From the human T2T-CHM13v2.0 reference genome, Homo sapiens, in NCBI RefSeq assembly GCF_009914755.1, contig NC_060926.1: a DNA stretch of 64,000 nt; one strand, 5' to 3'. The position numbers were made by a program, and so were the translations under genes. This document shows, piece by piece, positions 41,951-56,504 of this stretch. Below the pieces are notes generated by a model, which saw nothing but the letters and a program-made list of their open reading frames with translations, ran no database searches and was not told where the DNA came from. Numbering within the stretch: position 1 is the stretch's first letter; the number at the start of each line of letters is the position of its first letter.

Positions 41951-44183
41951 TTTTTAATAACTTCATTTTTTATTTTAGACTCAGGAGGTATATGTGTAGG
42001 ATTGATACATGGGCACATTGCATAATGGTGGGGTTTGGGTTTCTAGTGAACCCATCACTCATATATGAATGTAGAACACAATAGGTAGTTTTTCAACACT
42101 TCCCTCCACCTTCTAACCCCCTTTTGCAGTAGCCAGTGTCTATTATTTTCATCTTTATATCCATCTGTACTCATTGTTTAGCTCCCACTTATAAGTGAGA
42201 ATATTCAGCATTTGATTTTCTGTTTCTGTGTTACTTCACTTAGGATTACAGCTTCCAGCTGCATCCATGTTGTGCAAAGGACATGATTTCATTTTTTATG
42301 GCTGTGTAGTATTCCATGGTGAACATATACCACATTTTCTTTATCCAATCCACTGTTGATGAACACTTGATTCCATGACTTTGCTATTGTGAATAGTGCT
42401 GATAAACATATGAGTGCAGGTATCTTTTTGATAAAACTATTTATTTTCCTTTGGAGAGATGCTCAGTAGTGGGATTGCTGGTTTGAATGGTAGTTCTATG
42501 TTTTGTTCTTTGAGAAATCTCCACACTGTTTTCCATAGGAGTTGAACAAATTTACTTTCTCACCAGCAGAGAACAAGCATTCCCTTTTCTCTGCATCCTT
42601 GCCAACATCTGTTACTTTTTGACTTTTTAATCATAGCCATTCTGACTGGTGTGAGATGGTATCTCATGTGATTTTAATTTGCGTTTCTATGGTGATTAGT
42701 GATGCTGAGCTTTTTTTCTTACGTTTGTTGGCTGCATGTGTCTCTTCTTTTGACAAGTGTCTGTTCATGTCTTTTCCCCACTATTTAAAGGGTTTACTTG
42801 TTTTTGGCTTATTAAGTTTCTTAAAGATTCTAGATACTATACCTTTGTTGGATGCACAGTTTGTGAATATGTTTTCCCCTTCTATAGGTTGCCTCTGTAC
42901 TCTGTTGATTATTTTTCTTGCTGTGCAGAATCTCTTTAGCTTAATTAGGTCCCAGTTAACAATTTTTGTTTTTGTTGCTATTGCTTTTAAGGACTTAACC
43001 ATAATTTTTTTCCTAAGGCCAATGCCCAGAATAGTGCTTCTTAGGTTTTCTTCTAGGATTCTTACAGTTTGAGGTCTTACATGTAAATCTTTAATTCATC
43101 TTGAGTTAATTTTTGTATATGGTGAAAGGTAGAGATCTAGTTTTATTCTTCTGCATTTAGCTAGCCAGCTGTCCCAGCACCATTTATTGAATATGGAGTC
43201 ATTTCCCCATTGCTTATTTTTGTTGGCTTTATCAACAATCAGAAGGCTGTAGGTATGTCACCTCTGACTTTTTCCATTCTGTTCCATTGGCTATGTGTCT
43301 GTTTTTGTTCTATTACCATGCTGTTTTTGTTATTGTAGCTTTATAGTATATTTTGAAATTGGGTAATGTGATGCCTCTGGCTTTATTCTTTTTGCTTAGG
43401 ATAGCTTTGGCTATTTGGACTCTTTTTTCATTCCATATGAATTTAGGATAGTTTTTTTTCTAATTCTGTGAAAATTGATATTGGTAGTTTGATAGGAATA
43501 GCATTGAATCTGTAGGTTGCTTTGGACAGTATGGACATTTCAATGATATTTTTTCTTCCAGTCCCTGAGCATGGAAGTTTTTCCACTTGTTTGTTTTATT
43601 TATGAGTTATTTCAGCAGTGTTTTATAGTTCTGCTTGTAGCGGTCTTTCACCTTCTTGGTTAAATGTATTCCTAGGTATTACATTATTTTATTTTTTGTG
43701 GCTATTATAAATGGAATTGTATTCTTGATTTGGCTCTCAGCATGACTGTGATTGGCATATAGAAATTCTATTGATTTCTGTACATTGATTTTGTATCTTG
43801 AAACTTTACTGAAGTTATTTATCAGTTTTAGGAGCCTGTTGGAGAGTCTTTAGGGTTTTCTAGGTATAGAATCATATCATAACAAAGAGAGATAACTTAA
43901 CTTATTATTTCCCTACTTGGATGACTTTTATTTCCTTCTCTTGCCTGGTTGCTCTAAGACTTCCAGAACTCTGTTCAGTAGGAGTGGTGAGAATGGGCTC
44001 CTTATCTCATTCCTATTCACAAGGGGAAATGCTTGCAGCTGTTTTCTGTACAGTATGATGTTGGCTGTGGATATGCTATAGATGGCTCTTAATATATTGA
44101 GGAATAGTCCCTTGATGCCTAGTTTTTTGAGTGGTTTTATCATAAAGGGATAATGGATTTTATCAAAGCTTTTTCTGTGTCTG
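41951..44183 (-). mobile_element. Old primate L1 (L1PA16/L1PB-like), 3' ~2.2 kb
   Basis: Reverse 3'UTR and ORF2. ORFs 42781-43002 and 43928-44143 translate to degenerate ORF2p (WDLIKLKRFCTA; PLLLNRVLEVL). Confidence 0.92.
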
Positions 44184-46059
44184 TTTATTTTTCTCCTCTT
44201 ATAGAGTAAAATGCAAATTCTTTAGTTTGGAAATCTAATCAGATTCTACTTTCCTAAATTTACTTCTCATTACACTGCTGTCTACTCTTTATAATATGCC
44301 CCATGTTTTCCCAGTCTTTGTTTATGCTGTTCCCTCTGTCTGAAAATCTTCCCTGCTCTTTACTTTCACATCATCATTTCAGAACATCCAAATCTTTATC
44401 TTATTATTAAAGATGCATTTTAAATACTTTTCTTATAAATCCTTCATTGATCCAATCCAGCTTAAGGTGCCCCCTTTCTTCTGAAATCAGGTCTTATACT
44501 CTGAATGAGGTATTTCTAAGGAGAAGCAAAAATTCTAGGGAGCCAAAGAAGACAGAGGCTATTTTCCTTCACATAAGAATCTGTAACAGAGTTCTGAGAC
44601 ATACAGGCATTGTATTATGCAGACAGTATGGTGCCTTTTTGTGTGTCTTAAGCATTTCCTCTGTGAGTTTTATATAACATAGCATCATATCATTTTTATC
44701 CTTCATTTCTGCAATATTATTCTCTGCACTTTTATAGTTGCCTGATGAAACTTTAGCAATTTCAACCTTCCAAGTTGATAGCCTATGGAAATAAGTGTCA
44801 ATACTATCCTCTTTTTACAAGTCATGTTCATAGAATGGGCATAAAACATTTGAATATTTTGAACTATAATAATGTGAACATACATTACGCATTTATATAT
44901 TTTAAGCTTCAAACACCACTATGATAAATAACATAAATCACTGTACATTCACAACATATTCAAATAAATCATGATTATCTAAAGTAATTAAGGAAAGGAC
45001 AATTGTAATTACATCTTTGGAATGAAATGGATTGGTATGTGATCCATCATTTTCTAAAATTTGGAGTGAGAGGGTCTTAAAAATCAAGAGCTTAATTTTT
45101 CTGATTGTTGCAAAGAAGTGCTAGGCATACCCAACCCCAAAATCCAGAACTTTCTCTCTCTCTGACAAAACATCAAAAAACAATCTTAATCAGAAAATGT
45201 CAAATTTTTAGTTCGGCTTAGAACTTAAAGCACATGGAATTTTCCTCTAACATAAAGATACTGTTAAAAATTGGTTTTCTTGATTTTCTATTTGTGCTTT
45301 TATGCCCAAAAGTATATCCTCACAAAACCTCTTACTAAAAGAACAAGTTTTATGATGTTGAAATTTGGAACATTGTAACGATTTTTTCATAGTCACTCCA
45401 TTTATTTTCGTGTGGTTATTCATGCTGTGGCCCACCTATAATTCCCCCCCCCCCGATTTCTATCTGTTGCAGTCATAGTCATTCTTTACAATCCACATAG
45501 CTAAGATAGTGTTACCCAACTCTATGAGACGTATTACTGTATAGAGTACTGTCGAAATTATTTTAATCCTTGATTTTCCTGTTATTAGCAGTGCTACTTT
45601 GGACAAACCGCTTAATTTCAGTTTATTTCTAAAATGAGGAATAAGGCAAGTTGTGAGGGATAAAATAATGCTAAGGACTTATTGGAAGGCTGGGTATGTA
45701 GGTATGAGCTGAGCAAAAATTAGTCTTTCTTCCCGTTTTGGCAGCTAAAGAGAATGCTTAGCCACCCTTGTATCCTCCGTTCTTCATACCTTCCAAGGTT
45801 CTCCTATGAAGGACTATTCTTGGGCTTTTGCAATGGAGAGTCAGGTAGAAAGGAGGAGGAAAAGAGGACTATGGGAAGCACACTGGTAAAAGGGCTGGAA
45901 GAATTGGGGCAGGTTTGAGGATTTAGGTATAGAAGCAGCTACTTTGTGTAAGGTCATTGAATAGGAGGGAACACAGAGAGAGTTTTAGAAATTTGATAGT
46001 TGAGTAAGTGTTCTCTTCAAAATGTTTGAACAACACTAGAGACTAGTTATTACAAAATT

Positions 46060-46950
46060 ACTTTTGACATAGAAGCCCACTTAAAAGAACTCCCAATGGC
46101 TAAAGCTGTAACAGTTTGAGTAAAAAAATAAATAGTGATAATACTAGATTATAACCCACAGAATAAAATAAATATTCATGAGCCCACTGTGTAATAAATA
46201 TGCAATCAAACAAATAAATAAATGGTGGATCTTGCCTCTAGCAATTATTGCTGTCTTACAGAAGAATCTTAATTAATAAATGCAGAAGAAATAAGGAAAA
46301 CATATGAATGTTAAAATTATGGGCAAAAGTTTGAAAAGAAATAGAATATTTGCAGATAGTTTCTAAATTAAAAAGAAAAAAATGGTAAGTCTACTGCTGA
46401 AAAGCCCAGAAGGAAGAGATCTATCTTAAGCAAGAGATCATTATTAACATCACCGGTAGTAACAAATTGACATCACGTACCTCTTAATATAATGCACTAA
46501 GAAGAGTATATTACTTATGTGGCATTCTTGCTACAAATGGCAAATCCTCAATCTAATAATGAGAAAATAGCAGAAAACTCCATGTGATGGGCAGCCTACA
46601 AAATAATTGTCTAATATTCTTCAAAAGTGTCAAGGTAATGAAAAACAAGGAAGACTATGCAAATATTACAGTTTGAAAGAGACTAATAAGACATCATAAT
46701 GAAATGCTCTTTGCCATCTTAGATTGGTTCCTGAAACAGAAAAAAGACATTAGTGGAAAAACTGATGAAAACCAAATAATAAAGTCAGAGGTTTAGTTAA
46801 TAGCATTGTGCTGATATTGACTTAATTTTGATAATTGCACCATGCTATGTAACAGTAACATTAGAGGAAGCTGGGTGAAGGATATATAGAAACTATATTA
46901 TTTTTGCACCTTTTCTGTAAGTCAAAAATTATTTCAAGCTAAAAACATTT
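46060..46950 (+). mobile_element. L1MC/L1MD-type 3'UTR relic
   Basis: GAACTCCCAATGGCTAAAGCTG...GATTATAACCCA and ACATTAGAGGAAGCTGGGTGAAGG...TTTTCTGTAAGTC. Confidence 0.8.
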
Positions 46951-47044
46951 AACAACTATTTTGGCTGAATCAACTATATATTTGGTTTACAACACTGTTC
47001 CGGGATGAAATATGTTGGTGCCATTAATTGCCCTCTTTACTTCT

Positions 47045-47231
47045 CAGAGGCACAAGCATATTTATCATTAAGCAAATAATCCTTAAACTTTAGGTCAGTC
47101 CCCTAATTTGCTCGGGGCTCTCTCAAGACCATATATTTAATGTTGAATTTATAATTTTGTATTACTGTCTTAACAAAAAGATCCTTTCTCATATTTTATA
47201 AGCTTCAAATCTCACTAGAGATCTGTCTCTG
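47045..47231 (+). mobile_element. MER91-like hAT-Tip100 MITE
   Basis: CAGAGGCA...ATAATTTTGTATT...TATAAGCTTCA...GATCTGTCTCTG. Confidence 0.6.
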
Positions 47232-49539
47232 CCAGTTAGCAAAGGAAATTCAAAGATTGGTTCCAGGATGGTAGGGAGGGAAGGAAGCTTAAACCTTGGC
47301 TAAAATAACCAATCTAGATGTAGGACCAAGTATCATGGAATGGCCAACTACCTAATTAAACGTTTGAAATAAGCATGGTAAACCATGCTTACACAGACCA
47401 GAGGTCATATTCGAGAGATCCCATCACACAGGGGAATAATATTAGCTGCATGGTATTAAAAGTGAGACAGGTAGCAATATTTGTTTGGATATTTTTCTAC
47501 TATTTAGAAGAAGCAGCCCAGTCAAAATGAGGAAAATGAGGGATAGAGAAGGAGTTGACAACAGTTGGGTGAGATTCCAATTAGGAGTCAGTGGTAGAGC
47601 TCTAGATCTAATGAAGATAAGAAGTCCTAAGTGGTAAAGAGAAACATCCCAGTAAAAGAAATAGGAAAGTTGTGTTTTGGTAAGTGTGAGTTTTCCACAC
47701 CCTTTCAAGTAATGAGAATGGGATTAGAATAATGGAGCAAATTTCAGACTATTCTCTGGAAATGGAGCTTCTAATGTTCTTTATGTCCTGACGAGTACAG
47801 GTGTGAGAAAAATGAAAATGGGTCTTCAGGTAAGTGTAACATAATTAAGAAAGCATAAATTCTAAATAAGTAGGATACTTTTTCCCATAGCAGAGGCTCA
47901 ATAATTTTGGTTTGATTATTATCAAAATATTCACTAACTCTTTCTTGCTAACTCGAGTATTTTTATGTATAATAATTAAAGTGATCATAAGAGTAATAAT
48001 ACAAACATACGTACCATTTACAGAGATGGGCTACAAGCTAGACATTCTTTAGGGGCTTGTTATTTATAATCTTATTTACTTAGAATGACCTTGTTTTTTC
48101 TTTCCAAGACTTGATGACATTTGGATCTCTAGAAGTAGGGAGGAGAGCAGAGAAGTTTCTGAAGAAACCAGAAGAGAGAAAAAAAAAAAACAGTAGAATT
48201 GTGAGAATCCAAGGAGAAACAGTAAAGCCAAAACTGGGAGAAAAGGAGAGGTAATTTACAGCATATTATTAACTTGTGATTACTTTGCTCTATATTTTGT
48301 GATGCATTTTATCACTCTGGATAGAATATAAACTTCTTAAAGACAAGACTAAAACCCAAACACTTAAACAGGCATCAAACTATTTTCAAACTATTTAACC
48401 CCTAAATATTACTGGTTGACGTATAAACTTGCCAGCTGTTGACTTTGAGGTTGAAGAATCTGAGATGAAATACTGAAATTGATTAAAGAGGCCAAATGCC
48501 ACATTTTAAACTCTACTTATTCATAATAATTGTTTTTTGCATATCAAATATATATGCCAGAAAATTGAGTTCCTCTGATTTCCCTAATTTAAAATAAAAG
48601 ATTAGAATCATAAAAATTATTTTGGGTGGCTTTAGACAAATGTGTGGCTAGAATCAACCAGCCTATGAAGAATTCACTTTTTTTCCCCTCTACTCTTCCT
48701 TCAGACTGAGATTTTTGAATATCAGATTTTAGCCTGAAGAGACTTTTTCTGTAGTCAAGTTATAGATTCTGACAGGAATCAGTTAACCACAGAACTGATA
48801 GATACTTATCTCTAATACTGCTTGTGGGTACCACTGAAAATGCCAAATCAGTTAAAATGGCAGCAGCAAAACAACTTACTATATACAATCTCTTTACCAA
48901 GCTTCAGCAGAAGTAAAATGTGTAGGGCTGTTTTCCTTACTAAGCAGAGCCCATAATCAAGGAAGCCCACAGGTAGGTGTAGGGAGACATAACTTTCTAT
49001 ATGCTCACCACTGAAGCAGGAGCTGCCTGAGGTTCCATTGAATAATTCAGTGTTTGGAACTCCTGGGTGGTGAATATCTTCCAATAGAAACACTCAGCAG
49101 AAAGAACTGGGAACTCACACGCTGTAGATTTTCTTTAATGGTTTAGCCAAGTATCACACGCAGCAGACATAACGGTGTTTAAACAGTCTGCCCAGCCTAC
49201 TGGGTCTTTGCCTTTAGGTAGCAAATATTCTCTTAGTCTTGTTACTTTTTCCTCTCCATATAAGAATATTTAAGGACACAAACCACACACTCTTTTCAGC
49301 TACTTGTCCCCATGTAGGCTTAAAATAGCACCAATATATAATGCTAAAATTTTACAACTGACTATTTGAAACATAATTGTTCTATGCATTGATGTAAAGA
49401 TAAATACAATGATTTTGCAATACGATGTGATGTTATTTACTGTAACTTGATCCAACTTAATACACTGGTTAAATATGTTGCAACCAAGTGGAATTACCTC
49501 ATATAATACTATGTCAAGTTTGGTTAATAATCCACTTAC

Positions 49540-49556
49540 CGTAAAGAAAACCGATT
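49540..49556 (-). other. Candidate 17-nt microexon AATCGGTTTTCTTTACG
   Basis: Minus strand ttttttgttgtacaatttcacag|exon|gtaagt, a consensus donor. Two CpGs retained in 17 nt within CpG-poor unique DNA. Confidence 0.45.
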
Positions 49557-49719
49557 CTGTGAAATTGTACAACAAAAAATCTGCATAATCTCTTAGATAT
49601 GTACAGAAATCAATGAGATTTGGGAAATAAAGAAAAATAATGTTATATTTCTCTTTTCTTGTAGTTAAATACTTCAAACAATTAAAATCATTACAGTATT
49701 TGCTTTCTTTGAAAAAAGA

Positions 49720-49853
49720 TTTTTAAAAAATTTTAAAGTTTTTGTATAGACAGGGTCTCATTATATTGCCCGTGCTGGTTTTGAACTTCTAGCCTCAAGA
49801 AATTCTCCTACCTCAGCCTTGCAAAGTGCTAAGATTACAGGCATGAGCCACGC
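49720..49853 (-). mobile_element. FLAM/AluJ left-monomer element
   Basis: Single diverged monomer AGACAGGGTCTC...GATTACAGGCATGAGCCAC. Confidence 0.85.
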
Positions 49854-49867
49854 TCATATTAAAAAGG

Positions 49868-50186
<319 letters not shown>

Positions 50187-50964
50187 TAAAAAAATTTTCA
50201 ACTTGGATAGCTAACACTATTTTGACAAAACCTCTTCAATCATAAGCATCCTATCCGATTATCATTTGGATATTCAATAAATTCTTTTAAAGTGGTTGCG
50301 ACTTCCTTTCATATTCAACAATAGAGTACTATGTTGGCAGTAGAGATAAAAGAATCAGCTAATCTGGATTAGTCCAGTTGTATTTCTGATTTGAGTCCTG
50401 CACTTTATGATAAAAGAATATTTACTGTAATTTTTAACAGTAAAGAATCAGTCTTAAGGAAAGGCAGGGTGATTACCTTTATTGTCAGGAATGCATTGCT
50501 GACTGAAAATATCAATCTCTCCTCTCTCATAGTTTTTGCAAGCCTGTGCTGTTATATTTTTTTAATCAGGTAAATAGTAAAGATAACAGTTCTCCTGTAT
50601 CCAAATGAAAGTATTAGTATTTACAGTAGAGAATTTCAATGGAGAAGCCAACTGAAATCCTTTCTTGTTCAAGACAGGGTACAAATAATATGCATAAACA
50701 TCAATAGGGATTTGTTTGTTATATGTGTGTCTGAGTGTGGAGACTAAGGGAAGAAGCACGCTGATATTCGGTGCTAAAGACATATTGTTTGATTGATATG
50801 GTGCCCTATGGGCGTCTCATTAAGTTGTAGACAACCTATGCTTTAAGCAGGAATTTCAACTTGTTTATTTGCACTGGGCAGACTGAAATATCTTTACCAC
50901 TTTAGGTGAGACTCAAGGCACTGCCACATGTGAGCAGTCTGAGAGAAATAGACTAACAAATCAC

Positions 50965-51220
50965 AGAACAGTATAGAGAAATGAAGAGTATAGACTTTAG
51001 TGACAGGAAAACACACAATACCAACAATCTGGGTTTGATTCGTGGCTCTGTTTCAGCCTAGCTGTTTGTCCTCAGATAAGCCATTCAACTTCTCAGAAGC
51101 TCATTTTCCTCTTTTGTAAATGGGAATAGCAGGTTATCTTGGAGAATCTTTGTGAGGATGAGATGAGACAAGGTTTTGAAAGTACCTGAGCATATATTAG
51201 GAATTCAAAAAGCTATATTC
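50965..51220 (+). mobile_element. MIR relic
   Basis: CTGGGTTTGATTCGTGGCTCTG...CTCATTTTCCTCTTTTGTAAATGGGAATA...TGTGAGGATGAGATGAGA. Confidence 0.7.
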
Positions 51221-54200
51221 ACAGACATGATTAAGTATCTTCAATCACATAGGTTTTGTTTACCCTCTTTCATACTACACATAGCTATTTCATTTTTCTC
51301 CCTTTAACTTGATTTTACTTCATAAATCTCTCCTCCACCACCCCAACAGATGTGCTGTTTAATCAAACTAAACCTGTCTAATTCCACCTTATGTTATAAA
51401 TCATACCTAACCTGTCTAAAATCCTTTAACACATAATGGCTTCCCATAAGCTTTTCAAATGAGTAAATCCAAGACACTAATCGAAAACGAACTTGTACAA
51501 CAGAGTAGATCTCCGCTGCTTCACAGAAGGGGAGGGTGCAGGTCTCCTTGAAGTGCAAGCTCTTCATTTACAGTGAGTTTTTTAAAAAAACTACTAAGAA
51601 TAGAGTGGAAGTGTGCAGAGCCATGTTTCTAAAAGCTTGGGCTATAGAGAATGCACTGCTGTCTCGGTGCAGAGTTCGGATGCCAGCAAAATGAGCCAGG
51701 TCATTGTACTAATTAGGACTGCTCCTGCATGCACTAATATATCATGAAAAAATAGCAAGGATTACAAGAGAGCTCATCTTCTCTTCTACACATTCTCAGG
51801 GCAAAAGTTACTTCTAAATAATGACAAAGGAGTCACACAAACTGACACAGAAGAGGTTCTCTTTGTTGGGATAAATTGGCTTATATCCTCCTTCCCTTTC
51901 CTGCAATCTAAAGGAATATTGTGAAACAAGTTGGATAACAACAATAATGACTTGTTTAATGAAGAGCTCATAATAGTGTGAAGTGACATTATATATTCTT
52001 TAGTCAGGCAACCTGGCATGTGTTGGCATATGCATGTAGCAAAAAGACAATAGTATGAATAATAATTTTTTTTAACATTATCTCAGTCACTGGAACCATT
52101 TGTTATAAAACCTAAAGAATACATTGCTTGTTTTCAAAGGGAAAAGTAAGGCAATATTCCAATGAAAGAAAGTGTACTGGATTGTTTTTCTTTAAGGCTA
52201 TACAAGGAAATTCTCCCTTATTCTTCATGCTACCTACAGATGTAAGTACTAAACATATCATCTTAACTGTTGATAGAGAATTACAAGTAATGTGACTTTA
52301 AACTGTAATGAGATTCTGTTAAAAAATAAAATCATCACACTCTTTTTGCTCTTTTTGGCCTGGGTACAAGCCTTTTCAGTAAATTAACTAATTTTGGCAA
52401 TTTTCTAATCCCATTATACCTTTGTCAGGAGAATGATTTTTCAGAATTACAATGCCTAATGCTGTATATCTTGTGAAATATAGTCATCCAGACCAAGACA
52501 GTATCATCATTTGACTCTTTCAATATATGATATTTTCATTAGTAGCAGGATATTCATGCCTTCCCCTCTACTCAGCAGGGCTATAAATAGAGAGGCCAGC
52601 CAACCAAATCACACAATATTGAAAAGGTCAAAGAAGTACAGTATATTACTATAATTTACGGACTACTGTTCATGATGTATTATAATTCTTAACAGTTTAT
52701 TTATGTGCAAAGAAAATAATAAAAACATAAAGCAGTGTGGAATGGTCATGTTATTATTGCTGTGATTATAGAGATAGTAGTTAATGAAGCTTTCCTTTAC
52801 ACTTAAAAACCGAACATACGGGAAGGTCTATTTATATAGTCAATAACAAAATTAAAGCGGTACTTCCTTCTATTAGATTGATATAGAATTTGAAAGTGAA
52901 GAAAAGGAAAGGAAAATATGAAGAAAAGAAGCACACTAGTTAAGACAAAGGCATAGTTTATTTTCCTAGTCCCAGAAAAAACTAAAACTTATAATCTATT
53001 TAGCAGGGCTGGAAGAGACCATCTCTAAGAGCACCTGTTTCCGATTAGGCATAGATGGTTTAATTTTATATGGTCATATCTATGATTTGGCGTCAACAAA
53101 AAATGAGATTAACAATGTAGATACAAGTCTAATTCAAGGTTTTTGGTCTTAGTAATTCTTGCTTAAGCTGTCAGATTACTTGCACTGCTGGGTTAAAGTT
53201 AAGCCAAAAAGACAATTGCTCATCTGCATTTAAGCAAATGATATTTGTGGGAAGTGACTGTACAACTTCATAAACGAGATGTTAAAATCTAAATCTTATT
53301 GTTTAGGGAAAAAAGAGCTTAGATTAAGGACAGCCATATTTAAAACCTTTCAATACCCTTTTTTTTTCCCAGAATAGTTATCTGAATATAAGAAATTCTA
53401 CTGTATCAAGATATTTCTTGCCAGATATTGTGTAAGGTGCTACAGATAAAAGAATGCACAATTCCCAAATTTATCATTTCTCTTCCTTTTCTTTTTTTTC
53501 CTCTTCTTTTATAGCATTCAAACACCTCCAACTGCCATTCATGACCCTTTTTGATCGTACTCTTGCCAGTCTCTCCAGCTCTGTCTCCTATCAGGCCCTA
53601 CCTCAGGGTCACAACAGCAGCATCAATCAGTTCACAATGCCGTGAAACTATTTTTATGGGGATGGTGTAGAAAATCTTCACAAGAAGTCTGATCTTCCCA
53701 GTTCCTGCCACAATACCATTTTTTTTCTTCTCAAGAGAATGTAAACATTAAATTATAGTCCTTCTTCCAATTAACATCACTGGGCCTTCCTTATTTAACA
53801 CAGAAAAAGGTACAAAAATTATTTTTAAAAATTACTGCCTTTGTCTCGAGGTAGAATAATAATCCATGTAAATCCTCTCCTTAAATCTGTTGTCGTGTGC
53901 TCATCTCTTCAATATATTTACCAAATTAAAAGGAGACAGAGAAAGAAAGAAAAAAAATTAAAGATGAAAGAAAGGAAAATAAATGAAGGAAGAAAGAGAT
54001 GGAAGGAGGAGAAAGAAAGTAAACATCTCAGACGGATGAATCTAACAGGGGTTTTCTGTGGCATTAAGCCACTGGCTTGATTCGATTCATTATGACTATG
54101 TAAACAGTGACATTTAAACACTTTAATCAGAGGCCAGAGGATCCCTTCCACTTTCTGGACTAGAGAACCATCACCTGGAATTTTCCTAGAAAAATGATCT

Positions 54201-54429
54201 GTCATTTGATACCAAAAAATAAAAAAATCTGTTTTCTGCTCCCAAATGTGAGTGAAGAATACCAGTTCTGCTAATTAGGACTGTGTGGAAAGTCGAAATG
54301 ACTCCCTTCTAGGCAGAGCACATAAAGCAAACTAGGAGTATCTAAATATTATTTTTTTTTGTACTTTCCATGTCATTATGATGAAAAGATCAGAACATGG
54401 CAACAGTATGAGAGGGGATGCAGTCTAAA

Positions 54430-54860
54430 GTTGGTCAGATACCCTGACCATCCCATCTAAAATGCCATCCCTGGTCTTCTCACATCTTATGTATACTTTC
54501 TTTCACTTTCTGGAATGTAATACCTGGAATTACATAACCATTTGGTTATTATCCAAAATAATTTTGTATGATGGAAGAGAGCTTGTTTAGACATATATTA
54601 GAGATGTGATATCATATATTCTTCTAATATTACTGTCTTTATAATTGAAGATAAATTTTAAAAATAGCAATAAAGGAAATAGTAATATCTTCATTACTCA
54701 GTTATTAATAAGGATGAACGACTTTTCCAAAACTGACTATCTTCCTCTAATAGAATGTAAGTACCTATACTATATTGGTAACTTCTGATCCCTGGTGCTT
54801 TAATCAGTGTCTTTCACACGATAGGTATTTAAATAATATTTGTTAAGTAAAGGAATGAAT
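54430..54860 (+). mobile_element. L2 3' end interrupted by a ~180-bp non-L2 insert
   Basis: CCCTGACCATCCCATCTAAAAT... before 54550, and CTAATAGAATGTAAG...ATATTTGTTAAGTAAAGGAATGAAT after 54735. Confidence 0.6.
54553..54736 (+). repeat. Diverged direct copy of 56994-57181
   Basis: Colinear shared blocks CAAAATAATTTTGT, ATTAGAGAYGTGATAT, TCTAATAT.ACTGT, GAAGATAA, AGTAATAT and TATTAATAAGGATGA. Confidence 0.85.
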
Positions 54861-55244
54861 CCTACAACTCATTGTAATGTTTTCTGCCTCCACGCTACTG
54901 CAATATTATTTCCTTGCTCTGGAAAGCCTTTCCTTTTCTTCATTAATAGCTGGGATTCTAATTTGTCAATCAAAACTCAACTCAGTAGTTGCTCCTTCTA
55001 TGACCCCATCCACTGTTCATTATCTTCTTCTCTATGCCTTCTTTGTGCATAAGTATGATGTATAATGGTGCACATAAAGTTGAATTCTACTGTGTGTTTA
55101 CTTGTTTTTAAAAGAATTAAAACTCTTAAGCTAAGCTAACCCTCTCAGTCATTGTATTTTTGTCCAGGGTAACTATTCCTTTCGGATGGCCTAAAACAAC
55201 ATCTATGTATGCCTATTGTCCCCACTGAACTATTTATAGCACCC

Positions 55245-55679
55245 TGTGATGGGTAATACTGTCAATTTGATTGCATTGAAGGATACAAAGTATTGATCCT
55301 GGGTGTATCTATGAGGGTGTTGTCAAAGGAGATTAACATTTGAGTCAGTGGGCTGGGAAACGCAGACCCACCCATAATCTGGGTGAGCACAATCTATTCA
55401 GCTGCCAGGGCAGCTAGAATTAAGCAGGCAGAAAAATGTGAAAAGAGAGACTGGCCTGGCTTCCCAGCCTATATCTTCCTACCCTGCCGGACGCTTCCTG
55501 CCCTCAGATACCGGACTCCAAGTTCTTCAGTTTTAGAACTCAAACTGGTTCTTCTTGCTTCCCAACCTGCAGACAACCTATCGTGGTACCTTGTGATCAC
55601 GTGAGTAAATACTTAATAATCTCCCCTTTGAGTATATATCTATTCCATTAGTTCTGTCCCTCTAGAGAACTCTAATACA
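55245..55679 (+). mobile_element. MLT2A1 solo LTR (HERV-L)
   Basis: TGTGATGG...AAAGTATTGATCCTGGGTG...GGAGATTAACATTTGAGTCAGTGGGCTGGG ... CTAGAGAAC..TAATACA. Perfect 5-bp TSD CACCC. Confidence 0.92.
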
Positions 55680-56159
55680 CACCCCTTTTCATTCCAAAAC
55701 ATTCCCTGTTTGGAGGATTAATTATGTCATCACTAAACTCTTGAAGGTACTACCAATTGAAATGCTAAGCAGTCCTACAAAACACCTCCCATCCTGTTTG
55801 ATCACATCTTGATTTTTCTGATCTCCATCTCATCTCCCTGGTCTCACAGGGTCTCAACTCAACCCTGGTTCTTGCCTTCCTGGGTATTGGAGTATATACT
55901 TGTAGTTTCTGGCTGATCTCACTCACCTTTCATGTTGGGAATTCTTTGCTTTAATCTGGATTCTACAGGGCTTTTTGCTGTTCTGGCTCCTTAGCAGAGT
56001 TTAGGTAGCTGGGCTAGTCTTGACCTCATTTTGGAGAGGAGAGGAGGGCCCAGATAACGCATCCTTATCTCTTACCAGATATTGCATTGTTCTTTCTCTC
56101 CACAATACTAGGCATATTTCCTAGCACACAGTAGAGACCCTAAACATCTATTGGATCAA

Positions 56160-56495
56160 ATCTAGTACCTCAGAATGTGATCTTATTTGGAGCTAAGATC
56201 TTTATGGGGTAATCAAGCTAAAATGAGGTCATTAGGGTGGACCCTAATTAAACACAACTAATATTCTTACAAAAAGGGAAGTTGGACACAAATACACATA
56301 GAGGGAAGAGCCATCTATTAGTGAAGGAGAAAGGCCTGAAACAGATCCTTCCTTCACAGTTTGCAGAAAGAACCAACCCTGCCAACACCGTGATTTTAGA
56401 CTTCTAGATTCCAAAAGTGTAAAATAATAAATTTCTGTTGTTTGAGCCACCCTTTCTGTGGTCCTTTGTTAAGGCAGCCCTAGCACATTAATGCG
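56160..56495 (+). mobile_element. MLT1B/C MaLR LTR (partial)
   Basis: GTACCTCAGAATGTGA...AAAATGAGGTCATTAGGGTGG...AACCAACCCTGCCAACACC...GGCAGCCCTAGCA. Confidence 0.85.
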
Positions 56496-56504
56496 AACTC
56501 CAGT

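Noticed and set aside
42656-43072. 138-aa hydrophobic ORF
   Set aside because: Antisense reading of L1 ORF2.
47370-47391. Hairpin TAAGCATGGT-AA-ACCATGCTTA
   Set aside because: A single 10-bp stem is plausible by chance in 64 kb and is too short for a pre-miRNA.
47815-47835. Plus-strand CAG|GTAAGT as a recursive splice site
   Set aside because: Purine-rich upstream sequence with no pyrimidine tract; at most an isolated donor motif.
49300-49677. 125-aa minus-strand ORF in unique DNA
   Set aside because: AT-driven composition and no recognisable domain; only the internal 17-nt microexon candidate is retained.
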